Assembly: GCA_002495185.1 (NCBI GenBank)
Contig: DAEB01000027.1
Location: 22,373-82,405, forward strand
DNA: 60,033 nt
Direction of reading: 5' to 3'
From: Thermoplasmata archaeon UBA184
Lineage (GTDB): Archaea; Thermoplasmatota; Thermoplasmata; Lutacidiplasmatales; UBA184
This document shows, piece by piece, positions 30,000 through 38,729 of the stretch. Position 1 is the stretch's first letter. Each line of letters opens with the position of its first letter. The position numbers and the translations under genes are program-made. Under the pieces are notes generated by a model. The model was not told where the DNA came from and searched no databases. It saw only the letters and a list, made by a program, of their open reading frames with translations.

Positions 30000-30069
30000 G
30001 CGTCGTGCGCGACGCCGGACGACCCCGGGGTCGGCTCCGTCGCGCGAGTCCTTATGTACCGGCCGACTG

Positions 30070-30321
30070 GTGGCCGCGGCGATGCTTTCGTTTGCGGACA
30101 GTCGAAGCTTCGAGCTGCCCGACGAACGGTATTCTCGGTGCCTCTTTTGCGGGAAGGAGATGGTCGTTCTCCCGGACGACCGGCGGGAGGGCGCCTGCTT
30201 CGATTGCCTCGCGCTCTCCGTTCGGCCCTCGGCCCCGTGCCCGGGCTGCGGAGAGCTGATTCCCGGCGAGGAACGCGGCGTCGGCTGCGCGAACTGTCAC
30301 TGGTATCCGCTGCGCGATTAG
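30070..30321 (+). CDS. Small double zinc-ribbon protein (four CxxC pairs)
   Basis: 83 aa with CLFC, CFDC, CPGC and CANC at regular spacing. GTG start; alternative ATG at 30082. High GC3. Confidence 0.5.
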   Translation: MAAAMLSFADSRSFELPDERYSRCLFCGKEMVVLPDDRREGACFDCLALSVRPSAPCPGCGELIPGEERGVGCANCHWYPLRD

Positions 30322-30382
30322 GGTCATCCGTTCGGCCTCCGCCAACCTTATTCGCGGAGGGAGGTCCATCGTCACAGGGCGT

Positions 30383-30500
30383 GCCGAGGTGGCTCAGTCC
30401 GGTACGGCGCGAGTCTGGAAAGCTCGTGGCGGAATACGCCTCGGGAGTTCAAACGCCGCGGACGGCCGACCCGTTCCGGCGGAGATTCTCCCCCTCGGCG
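30383..30500 (+). tRNA. tRNA-Ser (anticodon GGA) interrupted by a 33-nt intron in the T-loop
   Basis: Hand fold. Acceptor GCCGAGG (30383-89) pairs perfectly with CCUCGGC (30493-99), discriminator G. U8, A14, G18G19 and A21 present with a 3-bp D stem. Anticodon stem CGAGU/GCUCG with loop CUGGAAA. Long variable arm GGCG-GAAUA-CGCC. T stem GGGAG (30443-47)/CUCCC (30488-92) with GUUCAAA. 85 nt after intron removal. CCA is not encoded. TATA-like CCTTATTC lies about 30 nt upstream. Confidence 0.8.
30454..30486 (+). other. Predicted non-canonical tRNA intron (between T-loop positions 59 and 60)
   Basis: Removal restores a 7-nt T-loop UUCAAAU. Relaxed BHB: central helix U48.G84, U49-A83, C50-G82 (A51xG81 mismatch). 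The 3-nt bulges AAC (30452-54) and AUU (30485-87) are cut after their 2nd nt. Inner helix G55-C80, C56-G79, C57-G78, G58-C77, then a further 6-bp stem. Confidence 0.65.
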
Positions 30501-30544
30501 CTCCCTCCGACGTCCGCTCGTCCCGCCGGTGGAGGTAGTGTTCG

Positions 30545-31036
30545 ATGAGCGTACCGGAGCGCGCCGCCACTCCGGCGTTGCTCCAAGCGGACGCGATCCT
30601 CTCGCGGCTTAAGGGACGTCAGGCGCTCGGGGAGGTCTGCCGATTCCTGCGGCAGTCGTTCGCGCACTATCGCTGGGTCGGGGTCTACCGCCTCGACGGG
30701 ACCGACCTCGTCCTCGATGGGTGGGACGGAGCTCAGGCGACCGAGCACACTCGGATCCCGGTCGCCCGGGGAATCTGTGGTCAGGCCGTCCGGGAGGACC
30801 GGACCGTGATCGTCGACGACGTTCGGACGGACCCGAACTACCTCGCCTGCTTTCTCGAGACCCGGGCCGAGATCGTCGTGCCGATTCGTCACGACGGACG
30901 AGTCGTCGGGGAGATCGACATCGACGGGAACTCGGTCAAGGCGTACGACGCGAGCGACCGGGGGTTCCTGGAGCGGGTCGCCGACCGGCTCGGGGACGCC
31001 GTGGTGGCCTCCGCCGGCGAGCCGCCGCACGAGTGA
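30545..31036 (+). CDS. msrC: GAF-domain protein, free methionine-(R)-sulfoxide reductase family (fRMsr/YebR-like)
   Basis: YRWVGVYRLDGTDLVLDGWDG...IPVARGICGQAVREDRTVIVDDVRTDPNYLACFLETRAEIVVPI...VVGEIDIDG parallels the YebR/fRMsr pattern, including the Cys positions. Confidence 0.8.
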   Translation: MSVPERAATPALLQADAILSRLKGRQALGEVCRFLRQSFAHYRWVGVYRLDGTDLVLDGWDGAQATEHTRIPVARGICGQAVREDRTVIVDDVRTDPNYLACFLETRAEIVVPIRHDGRVVGEIDIDGNSVKAYDASDRGFLERVADRLGDAVVASAGEPPHE

Positions 31037-31760
31037 GCCCCCGGTCGATCGTCGCGAGCGCGTCGCCGAGCGCGGCATACCGGTCGAACGGGACGAATGC
31101 GAACGGGGCCGCGCTCCGCTTCCTCCGCTCGGCGGCGCGGGCGATCTCGCGGAGCGCGCGACGGACCTCGTCGACGATGGGAAGGTCGGCCGACTGGCTC
31201 GTCCGGGAGAGCGGGTTCAGGTCGACCGAGATGACCCGCTTCCCGAGGTCCCGGAGCGCTTCCGCCCGGTCGCCATCTTCGAGCGGGACGAGGCAGACGT
31301 CCGCGACGTAGATCCCTCGTCGGTCGACCCTCGCCCGGTCAGAGGGCAGGCCGGGAATCCGGGCGGTGGCTCGCACCCCGATGACGTGGGCGACCCCGCC
31401 CGCCCGAAGAGCCGATGCGACCTGGCGAGCCCGCGTCCCCGTCCGATGGAAGAGGTTCACCTCGACCTCGAGATGAGGGATCGCCCGAACGAGTCGGGCG
31501 ACCTCCCCCGAAGCGATCGCCGCGACGTTGCCGTTGACGCTCACGACGGGGTGTTCGGCGGCGAGAAGCCATTCGGCCGCGACCCGCTCCGCCGCCCGGG
31601 CGCTCGGGGTCGTCCTCTCCCCGAGGAAGTAGTCGAACGCCTCGCCCCGTCCGTGCGCGATGAGCCCCTCCGGGACGACCAGGCCGCTCGCGTGGGCCCG
31701 CGCGAGCTGGCCCCGCACTCGGAGGCTCGCGTACCGAGGGTGTCGCGGGGAAAGACGCAT
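30936..31760 (-). CDS. 4-phosphopantoate--beta-alanine ligase (archaeal phosphopantothenate synthetase)
   Basis: HPRYASLRVRGQL, GLIAHGRGEAFDYFLGE, VVSVNGNVAA, EVNLFHRT, ISVDLNPLSRT. The last approx 35 codons (Arg/Pro-rich) overlap the convergent GAF gene. Confidence 0.85.
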   Translation of the reverse strand: MRLSPRHPRYASLRVRGQLARAHASGLVVPEGLIAHGRGEAFDYFLGERTTPSARAAERVAAEWLLAAEHPVVSVNGNVAAIASGEVARLVRAIPHLEVEVNLFHRTGTRARQVASALRAGGVAHVIGVRATARIPGLPSDRARVDRRGIYVADVCLVPLEDGDRAEALRDLGKRVISVDLNPLSRTSQSADLPIVDEVRRALREIARAAERRKRSAAPFAFVPFDRYAALGDALATIDRGLTRAAARRRRPPRRPRAGRRPAPGTPGRSRRTP

Positions 31761-31776
31761 CGGGGAGGGGTCCCCC

Positions 31777-32505
31777 TCAGTGCTTGTCGGCCGGTGGGTC
31801 GGCGGACGCGGCCGTTTCGGCCGGAGCGCGCCGTCCTTCGAGGGCCGCGATCCGTTCCTCGAGAGGAGCGAGGCCCTCTTCGATCGCTTTCGTGAGCGTC
31901 AGCTTCAAGCTCTCCTCGAGCGCCACCAGGTCCCGGCCGAGGTCGATGATCCGGCGCGCGTTCTCGTTCAGGAGGAGTCGGCTCTGGGTCGAGACCCGGT
32001 ACGTGTCCGAAAGGTCCTTCGTGAGCTGATGGGAGGACTGCGCGAACGTCTCGATGGACGAACCGACCGGCTTCCATTTCTCGTCCAGGTTCGACGTGAT
32101 GGTCGACGAGAGCTTGTCCGAGGCGGATTGGACCCCCTGCGCGACCTCGCGCGACACCCGTTCGGCGAGCGCGGTCTCCATCCCCTCGAGCCGCGTCTTC
32201 ACATCCTGGCCCAGTTCTTGGTTTCCGGACTCCACCCGCTGGAGCCGGTCCTCGAGCGACTGGAGGCGAGCGAGCAGGTTCGAGTAGGCCGTTCCGACAA
32301 GCGTGTCGACGTGCGACGTCGTGAGCTCCTGCGACCGGAGGAGCAGGTGGAGCACCCAGTGTTCCCGACCCTTCGTTTCCGCGAGGGGCCCCCGGTCGAG
32401 CCGGTCGCGGACGTCCCGGTCGTCGATGACCGACTGGAGTTCCTTCAGCACCTCCACGCGGAGGAAGGAGGTGGTTCCCCCGGTGGACGAGGGTCGTCCC
32501 GCCAT
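31777..32505 (-). CDS. All-helical coiled-coil protein of unknown function
   Basis: 242 aa, high GC3, no TM, long amphipathic helices (LLARLQSLEDRLQRVESGNQELGQDVKTRLEGMETALAERV...). A TATATA box at about 32531-32540 lies about 30 nt upstream of the ATG. Confidence 0.6.
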   Translation of the reverse strand: MAGRPSSTGGTTSFLRVEVLKELQSVIDDRDVRDRLDRGPLAETKGREHWVLHLLLRSQELTTSHVDTLVGTAYSNLLARLQSLEDRLQRVESGNQELGQDVKTRLEGMETALAERVSREVAQGVQSASDKLSSTITSNLDEKWKPVGSSIETFAQSSHQLTKDLSDTYRVSTQSRLLLNENARRIIDLGRDLVALEESLKLTLTKAIEEGLAPLEERIAALEGRRAPAETAASADPPADKH

Positions 32506-32618
32506 CTCTCAAGGATGGGCTCCCCGGTGCTATATACGTTGGCCGGGGCGGTCGGCCTGACGGCGAGGGTGGGCCGGCGAACGGCTGGTCGCCCGTCGCG
32601 CGGGGGGTCGCGCCCGCC

Positions 32619-33773
32619 CTACTCGGCGAACTCCCGGCCGAGGAGTTCCCGGGCGACAATCAGTCGTCGGATCTCGGAGGTTCCCGCGCCGATCTCGAGG
32701 AGTTTCGCGTCCCGAGCGAACCGCTCGACCGGGAGCTCCCGCATGTAGCCGTAGCCGCCGTGGACCTGGATCGCCTCGAGCGCGACCCGCGTAGAGGCCT
32801 CCGAGGCGAAGGTGAGCGCCGCGGCGCTCGCCCGGAGCGCGCGTGACTCCGACCGGACCGATTCCAGCGCAGCGAACATCAGCCATCGCGACGCCTCAAG
32901 GTCGGAGTACATTTCGGCGAGCTTCGCCTGGATGAGCTGGAACCGACCGATCTTCTGACCGAACTGCTCCCGCTGGCGAGCGTAGACGACCGACCGTTCA
33001 AGACATTCAGCCATGATGCCGACCGGGAGGGCCGTCAGGACGGCCCGCTCGACGTTCAACCCGCCCATCATGATCCGAACGCCGTCGTTCTCCCGCCCGA
33101 CCAGCTGGTCCCGGGGCACCTCGACGTCCTGGAACGCAAGCTCCCCGGTCGGCGAGCCCCGCATCCCCATCTTGTCGAGGCTCCTCGTGACGGAGAACCC
33201 CGGGCTCTCCTTGCGGACGAGGAACGCGCTGATCCCCTTCGACCCGCGGTCCGGGGCGGTCTTCGCGTAGACGAGCATCACGTCGGCGACCGGCCCGTTT
33301 GTGATGAACTGCTTCGTCCCGTTGAGGAGGTAGTGGTTTCCGACCCGCTCGGCCCGGGTACGGATCGACACGGCGTCCGACCCGGCATCGGGCTCGGTCA
33401 ACGCGAGGGCGCCGACGCTCTCCCCGGCCGCTATAGCGGGAAGGAATGCGGCCCTCTGCTCATCGTCCGCGTTTCGGGCCACGTTGTCGGCGAAGAGGTT
33501 CGAATGCGCCCCGACGCTGAGGGCCAGGGCCGGACTGACCCGGGCGATCTCCTCGAGGACGAGGGCCTGGGCGACGTACGAGAGGCCGAGCCCCCCGAAC
33601 TTCTCGGGGATGGTGATCCCAAGGAACCCGTGCTCGCCCAGTCGGCGGAAGACGTCCTTCGGGAAGTAGTCCTCGCGGTCCATCCGCTCGGCGACCGGGG
33701 CGATCTCCTTCCGGGCGAAGTGGCGCGCGGCCTCCCGAAGGTCGAGGTCCTCCTGGGAGAGAGCGAGGTCCAT
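32619..33773 (-). CDS. Acyl-CoA dehydrogenase
   Basis: 384 aa. [58 protein letters not shown]. Confidence 0.9.
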   Translation of the reverse strand: MDLALSQEDLDLREAARHFARKEIAPVAERMDREDYFPKDVFRRLGEHGFLGITIPEKFGGLGLSYVAQALVLEEIARVSPALALSVGAHSNLFADNVARNADDEQRAAFLPAIAAGESVGALALTEPDAGSDAVSIRTRAERVGNHYLLNGTKQFITNGPVADVMLVYAKTAPDRGSKGISAFLVRKESPGFSVTRSLDKMGMRGSPTGELAFQDVEVPRDQLVGRENDGVRIMMGGLNVERAVLTALPVGIMAECLERSVVYARQREQFGQKIGRFQLIQAKLAEMYSDLEASRWLMFAALESVRSESRALRASAAALTFASEASTRVALEAIQVHGGYGYMRELPVERFARDAKLLEIGAGTSEIRRLIVARELLGREFAE

Positions 33774-33815
33774 GCTCAGGCGACGATGCCCGAGGCAATA
33801 CGCTTGTTGGACGGC

Positions 33816-35384
33816 CTAGAATCCGCGCGCGGGCGGTCCCGCACGCACGATCCCGACGTGCAATCGCCACTCGGGTCGCCGGTGGGGAAAGTCGGACCGG
33901 TAGTGCGCCCCGCGACTCTCCGTCCGGGTGAGCGCGGAGCGGGCGATCAGGGCGGCCGTAAGGACGGCGTTCGCGACCGGTCCCGGGGGGGCTCCTCCCG
34001 AGGGAGGCTCCGTCTTTCGCCCCAGCTCCCCGAGTTCGCGCAGCGCCGTGCGGAGTCCCTTTCCGGTCCGAACGATGCCCACGTCCTCCCAGAGGATGTC
34101 CTGGACGCGCTCGAACGCCTTCGGAAGGTCGGCCCGACCACTGCCGGGGGGCCAGCGGAACCGAACGAGGCGGCCCGGCGTCGGGACGCGTCCGGGAACC
34201 GGGTGGACGAGCTGGCGCGCGACCCGCTCCCCGAAGACGAGCCCCTCGAGGAGAGAGTTGCTCGCGAGCCGGTTCGCGCCGTGGACGCCGGTCGCGGCGA
34301 CCTCCCCGCAGGCGTAGACCCCCCGGAGGCTCGTCCGACCTTCGAGGTCGGTCGTGACGCCCCCCATCATGTAGTGGGCCACCGGGGTCACGGGGATCCA
34401 GTCGCGGGACGGGTCGAGCCCGTAGGTCGCGAGAAACCGGCAGACCGAGGGGAAGCGCGCGAAGAAACGGTCCCGGGGAATCCCCGTGGCATCCAGGTAC
34501 ACGCAGGGATGGCCCGTTCGCTCGATCTCCCGCTCGACCGCGCGCGCGACGATGTCGCGCGGTGCGAGCTCCGCGTCCCGGTGCTGGCCGACCAGGAACC
34601 GCTCGCCGGCCTCGTTCCGGAGGACGGCACCCTCTCCGCGGACGGCCTCCGTGATAAGGTATCGGGGAGCCCCCTCGCGCCAGAAGACGGTCGGATGGAA
34701 CTGAATGAACTCCATGTCCGTGAGGAGGGCTCCGGCTCGGAAGGCGATCGCCGTCCCCTCCCCCGTCGCCACCGAAGGGTTCGAGCTCTGTCGGTACAGG
34801 CTGCCGGCGCCGCCGGTCGCGAGGACCACCGCGTACGTCTCCCACTTCTCGAAGCTCCGACCCCGGTCGCTCGACACGATCGCGACGACACCGCCCCGGC
34901 CGGACGGCTCCAGCGCGCGAAGCGCGGTCCGTTCCCGGACCTCGATCCCCGCGTCGAGGACCCGACGCTTGAGCGTCTCCTCGATCGAGAGGCCGGTCGC
35001 GTCGCCTCCGGCGTGAAGGATCCGAGCCCGGGAATGAGCGGCCTCCCGCCCGAGGGCGATCTGGCCCTCGATCGTGTCGAAGGGAACCCCGTACCGAACG
35101 AGGTCCGCGATACGAGCGGGCGCTTCGGAGGTCAACGCCTTGGCCGCGGCCCGGTCGACGAGGCCGGCCCCGGCCCGCAGGGTGTCCCGAAGGTGCCGGG
35201 AGGGAGAGTCGTCGGCTCCGATCGCGGCGGCGATGCCGCCCTGAGCGTACCGGGTGTTCGCCTCCTCGAGCCGCGCCTTCGTGATCAGCGTCGGGTGCAG
35301 TCCGAGTTCCCGACAGCGGAGGGCGACGTACAGGCCCGCGATGCCGGTCCCGACGACCAGGGGACGCCCTTCGCGGTCGCGCAC
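33816..35384 (-). CDS. nadB: L-aspartate oxidase
   Basis: VVGTGIAGLYVAL, YAQGGIAAA, HPTVF, RGEGAVLRN, MGGVTTDLEGRTSLRGVYACGEVA, LASNSLLEGLVFG and ESRGAHYRSDFP. No nadA or nadC nearby. Confidence 0.9.
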   Translation of the reverse strand: MRDREGRPLVVGTGIAGLYVALRCRELGLHPTLITKARLEEANTRYAQGGIAAAIGADDSPSRHLRDTLRAGAGLVDRAAAKALTSEAPARIADLVRYGVPFDTIEGQIALGREAAHSRARILHAGGDATGLSIEETLKRRVLDAGIEVRERTALRALEPSGRGGVVAIVSSDRGRSFEKWETYAVVLATGGAGSLYRQSSNPSVATGEGTAIAFRAGALLTDMEFIQFHPTVFWREGAPRYLITEAVRGEGAVLRNEAGERFLVGQHRDAELAPRDIVARAVEREIERTGHPCVYLDATGIPRDRFFARFPSVCRFLATYGLDPSRDWIPVTPVAHYMMGGVTTDLEGRTSLRGVYACGEVAATGVHGANRLASNSLLEGLVFGERVARQLVHPVPGRVPTPGRLVRFRWPPGSGRADLPKAFERVQDILWEDVGIVRTGKGLRTALRELGELGRKTEPPSGGAPPGPVANAVLTAALIARSALTRTESRGAHYRSDFPHRRPEWRLHVGIVRAGPPARGF

Positions 35385-35464
35385 GACGACCGAGGAGCCG
35401 GGCGCGAGGTATAGCGGCTTCTGCCGGAGGGGGCCGTCGTATACTCTTCCGCCCTCCGGGTCCC

Positions 35465-36832
35465 GTGGCCGGAGGGGGGACGTTTCGCGAGTTCCCGTGG
35501 GAGGCGGTCCTCCGCGTGCGGGACGACGACCCGCTCGGGTCCGAGTTCGTCGCTCGACTCGAACGAACGACCGGCGACCGGTCCGTCGGAGTCACGGACC
35601 TTGTGTCCCTGCGCCCCGCCTTCTACCGAATGCTCGGACCCCCCGTCGCCATGCCGCCGGCGCGGCAGGCGCGGATCGACCAGGGGCGAGCGCTGCACCG
35701 CCTGCTCGGGGCTCGACTGGCCCGCGAGGGAGCTCTCGAGGCTCGGGTCCGACGAGGCGGCCTGGTCGGGCGGATCGACCTGCTCACGGACGTCCCCGTT
35801 GAGGTCAAGACCGCGGGTCAGACGGTCGAACCTTCCACGCTCCCGGCCGAGCGACCCGAACACGTCGAGCAGCTCGGGATGTACTGCGCCCTTCTCGACC
35901 GACCGGTCGGGCGTCTCCTCACACTGGTCGGCGAAGCGGGAAAGGTCCGGGACGTTCAGGCCGTCGACCTCGCGTTCGGTTCTCCCGAGAAGATCTACCT
36001 CGAAATGGCTCGTCGCGCCGACCTCCTGAGGGCCGCGTGGAAAGCCGAGAGCGTCGACGGATTGCCGCGATGCCCGTGGTTCGGACGGGGATGCGAGTTC
36101 GCGGAGGCCGGGGTGTGCTCGTGCACCGGAACGGAACCGACGTCCGTCCCGATCCCGGGGGAGGTCGTCCGCATCGACTCCCGGGAGGATATCCGGAGGC
36201 GGGTCCTCTCCGAGCTTTCCGAGCCGTTCTCCTTCGACGTGAGCGGACCCGTCTGGCGCTTCCGGGAGATCCTCTACCCGAGACGGGCCTACTTCGAGCG
36301 AGTCTCGCCCGTCCCCGAGGGGCCCTCCGGACGGGGGATCACCCTCGAGAAGGACCTCTACGCTCGGCTCACGGAGTCGCTCGAGAGCGGCCCGGCCGGG
36401 GAGGTCGCGGTCCTCCCTTCCCGCGCGACGGAGCCGATGGAAGAAGTGGTCGGGTTCCGGGGGACGCCCCTTCTCGTGCGCACCTCACGGGCGTGGCAGC
36501 CGTATCGAGCCGAGGAGCTCGTTCCGCGAGCTCCCCAGTACGCGCTCGAGCTCGGCCTCCGCTGCGCCCTCACGGGCGCCACTTCCGGATACCTGGTCCT
36601 CGGGTACGAGCGGGCGGAGACGGATCGGGACCGGCTCCAGCTCTTGACGCTCGAATTCGACACCGTCACTCCATTCTCCCGTCTCCTTCGGGAGCGCACC
36701 CGCGCCCTGTCCGATGCTCTTCGCGACGCGGCGCCCGCGTCGCTCGCGCGCTGCCCGGACTGGATGGTCGCGGACTGTCCCTACCGGTCCGAGTGCGGCT
36801 GCGGGGGTTCGCCCGCTCGGGTCACTCGGTAG
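35465..36832 (+). CDS. Tandem double PD-(D/E)XK (Cas4-like) protein; N-module apparently active, C-module degenerate; each ends in a 4-Cys motif
   Basis: Module 1: LRPAFY, GRALHRLL, GRIDLLTDVPVEVKT, QLGMYCALL, CPWFGRGCEFAEAGVCSC. Module 2 is colinear: YPRRAYF, DLYARL, GFRGTPLLVRTSR (no D/ExK), QYALELGLRCAL, CPDWMVADCPYRSECGC. Confidence 0.65.
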   Translation: MAGGGTFREFPWEAVLRVRDDDPLGSEFVARLERTTGDRSVGVTDLVSLRPAFYRMLGPPVAMPPARQARIDQGRALHRLLGARLAREGALEARVRRGGLVGRIDLLTDVPVEVKTAGQTVEPSTLPAERPEHVEQLGMYCALLDRPVGRLLTLVGEAGKVRDVQAVDLAFGSPEKIYLEMARRADLLRAAWKAESVDGLPRCPWFGRGCEFAEAGVCSCTGTEPTSVPIPGEVVRIDSREDIRRRVLSELSEPFSFDVSGPVWRFREILYPRRAYFERVSPVPEGPSGRGITLEKDLYARLTESLESGPAGEVAVLPSRATEPMEEVVGFRGTPLLVRTSRAWQPYRAEELVPRAPQYALELGLRCALTGATSGYLVLGYERAETDRDRLQLLTLEFDTVTPFSRLLRERTRALSDALRDAAPASLARCPDWMVADCPYRSECGCGGSPARVTR

Positions 36833-37746
36833 ATCGTCGACCGGGCGATCGGCTCGAGGCGGAACTCGCGGTACAGCCGAAGGGCCGGCTCGTTGGAGGA
36901 AGTCACCCACAGGTGGACCTTCTCGTACCCCAGGGCCCAGAGCGCTCTCAGACCCCAGCGGAAGAGGAACCGGCCGTATCCCCTCCGACGAAACTCGGGG
37001 TCGACCATGAAGCTCACGAAGATCCCCTTGCGCGGGGACCTCTCCGCCGAAAGGATCGCCCCGACGAGGTGGGGCGGCTCCGGTCGGTAGAGCGCGGTGG
37101 ACGCTTCCTCGAGGAACCGTCCGAGGCTCCCCTCCCGCAACGCGGCGGTCACGCGGCGGTACTCCTCGATCCGGTTCCCGATCAGAAGGGCGTCCGAGCT
37201 CCCCCGAACGGACCTCATGTCGAGGTCGGCGAGCGCGTCCACGGTGACGTCCCGGATCGGGATGAGCTTCAGGCCGTCCGGCACGGGTCCGGGAGGCTGG
37301 CCGTCGTCGGCGCCCAAGGAGCGCTCCATTCCCATCCGCTCGATGATGGTCGCTCCCGGGCGTCCCGAGAGCCGGAGAACGAGCTCCTCCTCGTGGGCCG
37401 GAGAGAGCCCCGTGAACCCGATGCTCGCCGTTCGAACCCTGCTCGGGAGGTCGCTCACGAGGACGTCGGTCAACTGCTCGGCCCGGTCCACCGCCCCTTC
37501 CGCCTCGCGGACGTGGACGTGCCCGTAGGCGTCCGGCCCGCTCGTGGAGTAGAACGCAAGCCCGGCGCTTGGTCCCGGAGGATAGTACCAGCCGTGGGCC
37601 GCGCCGGAGCGAAGGTCCTCAGCAGTCTGCTCCACCCAATTCCCCGCCGGGGACTCGTCCCGCGCGAGCAGCGACTTTCGCACATCGTGGACGAGCTCGA
37701 GGAGGTCGTCGATCCGGGCCCCCCGTGTCGGAAATGGGTCGGTCAC
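36781..37746 (-). CDS. GNAT-family N-acetyltransferase, two-domain (degenerate N-domain plus canonical C-domain)
   Basis: The C-terminal domain has FMVDPEFRRRGYGRFLFRWGLRAL...NEPALRLYREFRLEP. Its 3' end overlaps the convergent gene by 52 nt. Confidence 0.7.
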   Translation of the reverse strand: MTDPFPTRGARIDDLLELVHDVRKSLLARDESPAGNWVEQTAEDLRSGAAHGWYYPPGPSAGLAFYSTSGPDAYGHVHVREAEGAVDRAEQLTDVLVSDLPSRVRTASIGFTGLSPAHEEELVLRLSGRPGATIIERMGMERSLGADDGQPPGPVPDGLKLIPIRDVTVDALADLDMRSVRGSSDALLIGNRIEEYRRVTAALREGSLGRFLEEASTALYRPEPPHLVGAILSAERSPRKGIFVSFMVDPEFRRRGYGRFLFRWGLRALWALGYEKVHLWVTSSNEPALRLYREFRLEPIARSTIYRVTRAGEPPQPHSDR

Positions 37747-37765
37747 GATTCGACCCCGCGGGAGT

Positions 37766-38641
37766 CTACCCCGCCACGAGACGCTGGAGGATCTGGGCGA
37801 TGTCGGGGGCGACCGATGCCTTCTCGGCCGGGTTCCCGAGAGTGTCGGTCGAGTAGACGTCCCCGACGACCGCCTTGATTCGTTCGAATGCGTCCTTCAG
37901 GAAGAGACCGTGCGTACACGCGGCGCTGATGCCGGCGGCTCCCTGCTTCTTGAGGAGCTTGGCGGCCTCGACGATCGTTCCCCCCGTCGAGATGACGTCG
38001 TCGATCAAGGCGACATGCATCCCGTCGACCGGGATGGGAAGGGTGGCGGGGACGGTGAGCTCGACATGCTCGCTGTCGATCCGCCGTTTCTCGAGGGCGA
38101 ACCATGGCTTGTCGAGCAGCTGGGCCATCCGCCGGACCCGGTCGACCCCTCCTTTGTCGGGGGAGACGAGGAGGTCGAGCGGACGTTCTCGCAGGAGCCG
38201 GGCGACCGCGGGGATTCCGCTCGCCTCGAACGCCGGTTTCGTGAATTGGGTGAGGGTCTGCGACGAATGAAGGTCGACCGTCACGACGGCGTCGGCATCG
38301 AGCTCGATGTGGCGGCACATCGCGCGGGCGCTCACGGGCTCTCCCGGGAAGAACCGTCGGTCCTGGCGCGCGTACCCGAAGTAGGGAACGACCACGAACG
38401 ACCGTCGTGCCCCGGCTTCCCGCACCGCGTCCTCGAGCAGGAGGAGTTCGAGGAAGTCGCTGTCGGTCCGCGTCGACTGCACGAGCACGACGTCCTCTCC
38501 CTCGAGTCGTCCGCCGATCCGAACGTAGAGCTCGTCGTCGGGGAACCGCTTCGTGAACGGGATGCCGAACGGCACGTTCCCGAGCTCCCGGGAGATCCGC
38601 TCGGCGAGCGCGGTCGATGCGGTTCCCCCGATAACGTGCAT
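37766..38641 (-). CDS. prs: Ribose-phosphate pyrophosphokinase
   Basis: MHVIGGTAS, VVVPYFGYARQDRR, VTVDLHS and LIDDVISTGGTI. ATG at 38641, with TATA-like CTTATAGG about 35 nt upstream. The upstream 115 codons of the ORF are Arg-rich shadow. Confidence 0.88.
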   Translation of the reverse strand: MHVIGGTASTALAERISRELGNVPFGIPFTKRFPDDELYVRIGGRLEGEDVVLVQSTRTDSDFLELLLLEDAVREAGARRSFVVVPYFGYARQDRRFFPGEPVSARAMCRHIELDADAVVTVDLHSSQTLTQFTKPAFEASGIPAVARLLRERPLDLLVSPDKGGVDRVRRMAQLLDKPWFALEKRRIDSEHVELTVPATLPIPVDGMHVALIDDVISTGGTIVEAAKLLKKQGAAGISAACTHGLFLKDAFERIKAVVGDVYSTDTLGNPAEKASVAPDIAQILQRLVAG

Positions 38642-38729
38642 CTTTCCTTCGACGATCGCGACCCGGATTGGGCCTATAAGATTGCGCGACAGGTCCGTCG
38701 CCTCGGGAGCCCGCTCCGCGCCGGTGGTC

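Noticed and set aside
30936-31036. 100-nt convergent overlap between the GAF/fRMsr gene and the phosphopantothenate synthetase gene, considered as a possible frameshift or fusion.
   Set aside because: The conserved part of the synthetase ends near ...ALATIDRG. The overlapping tail is Arg/Pro-rich read-through to the first available stop. It is most simply a late stop codon in GC-rich DNA, with no sign of a disrupted frame.
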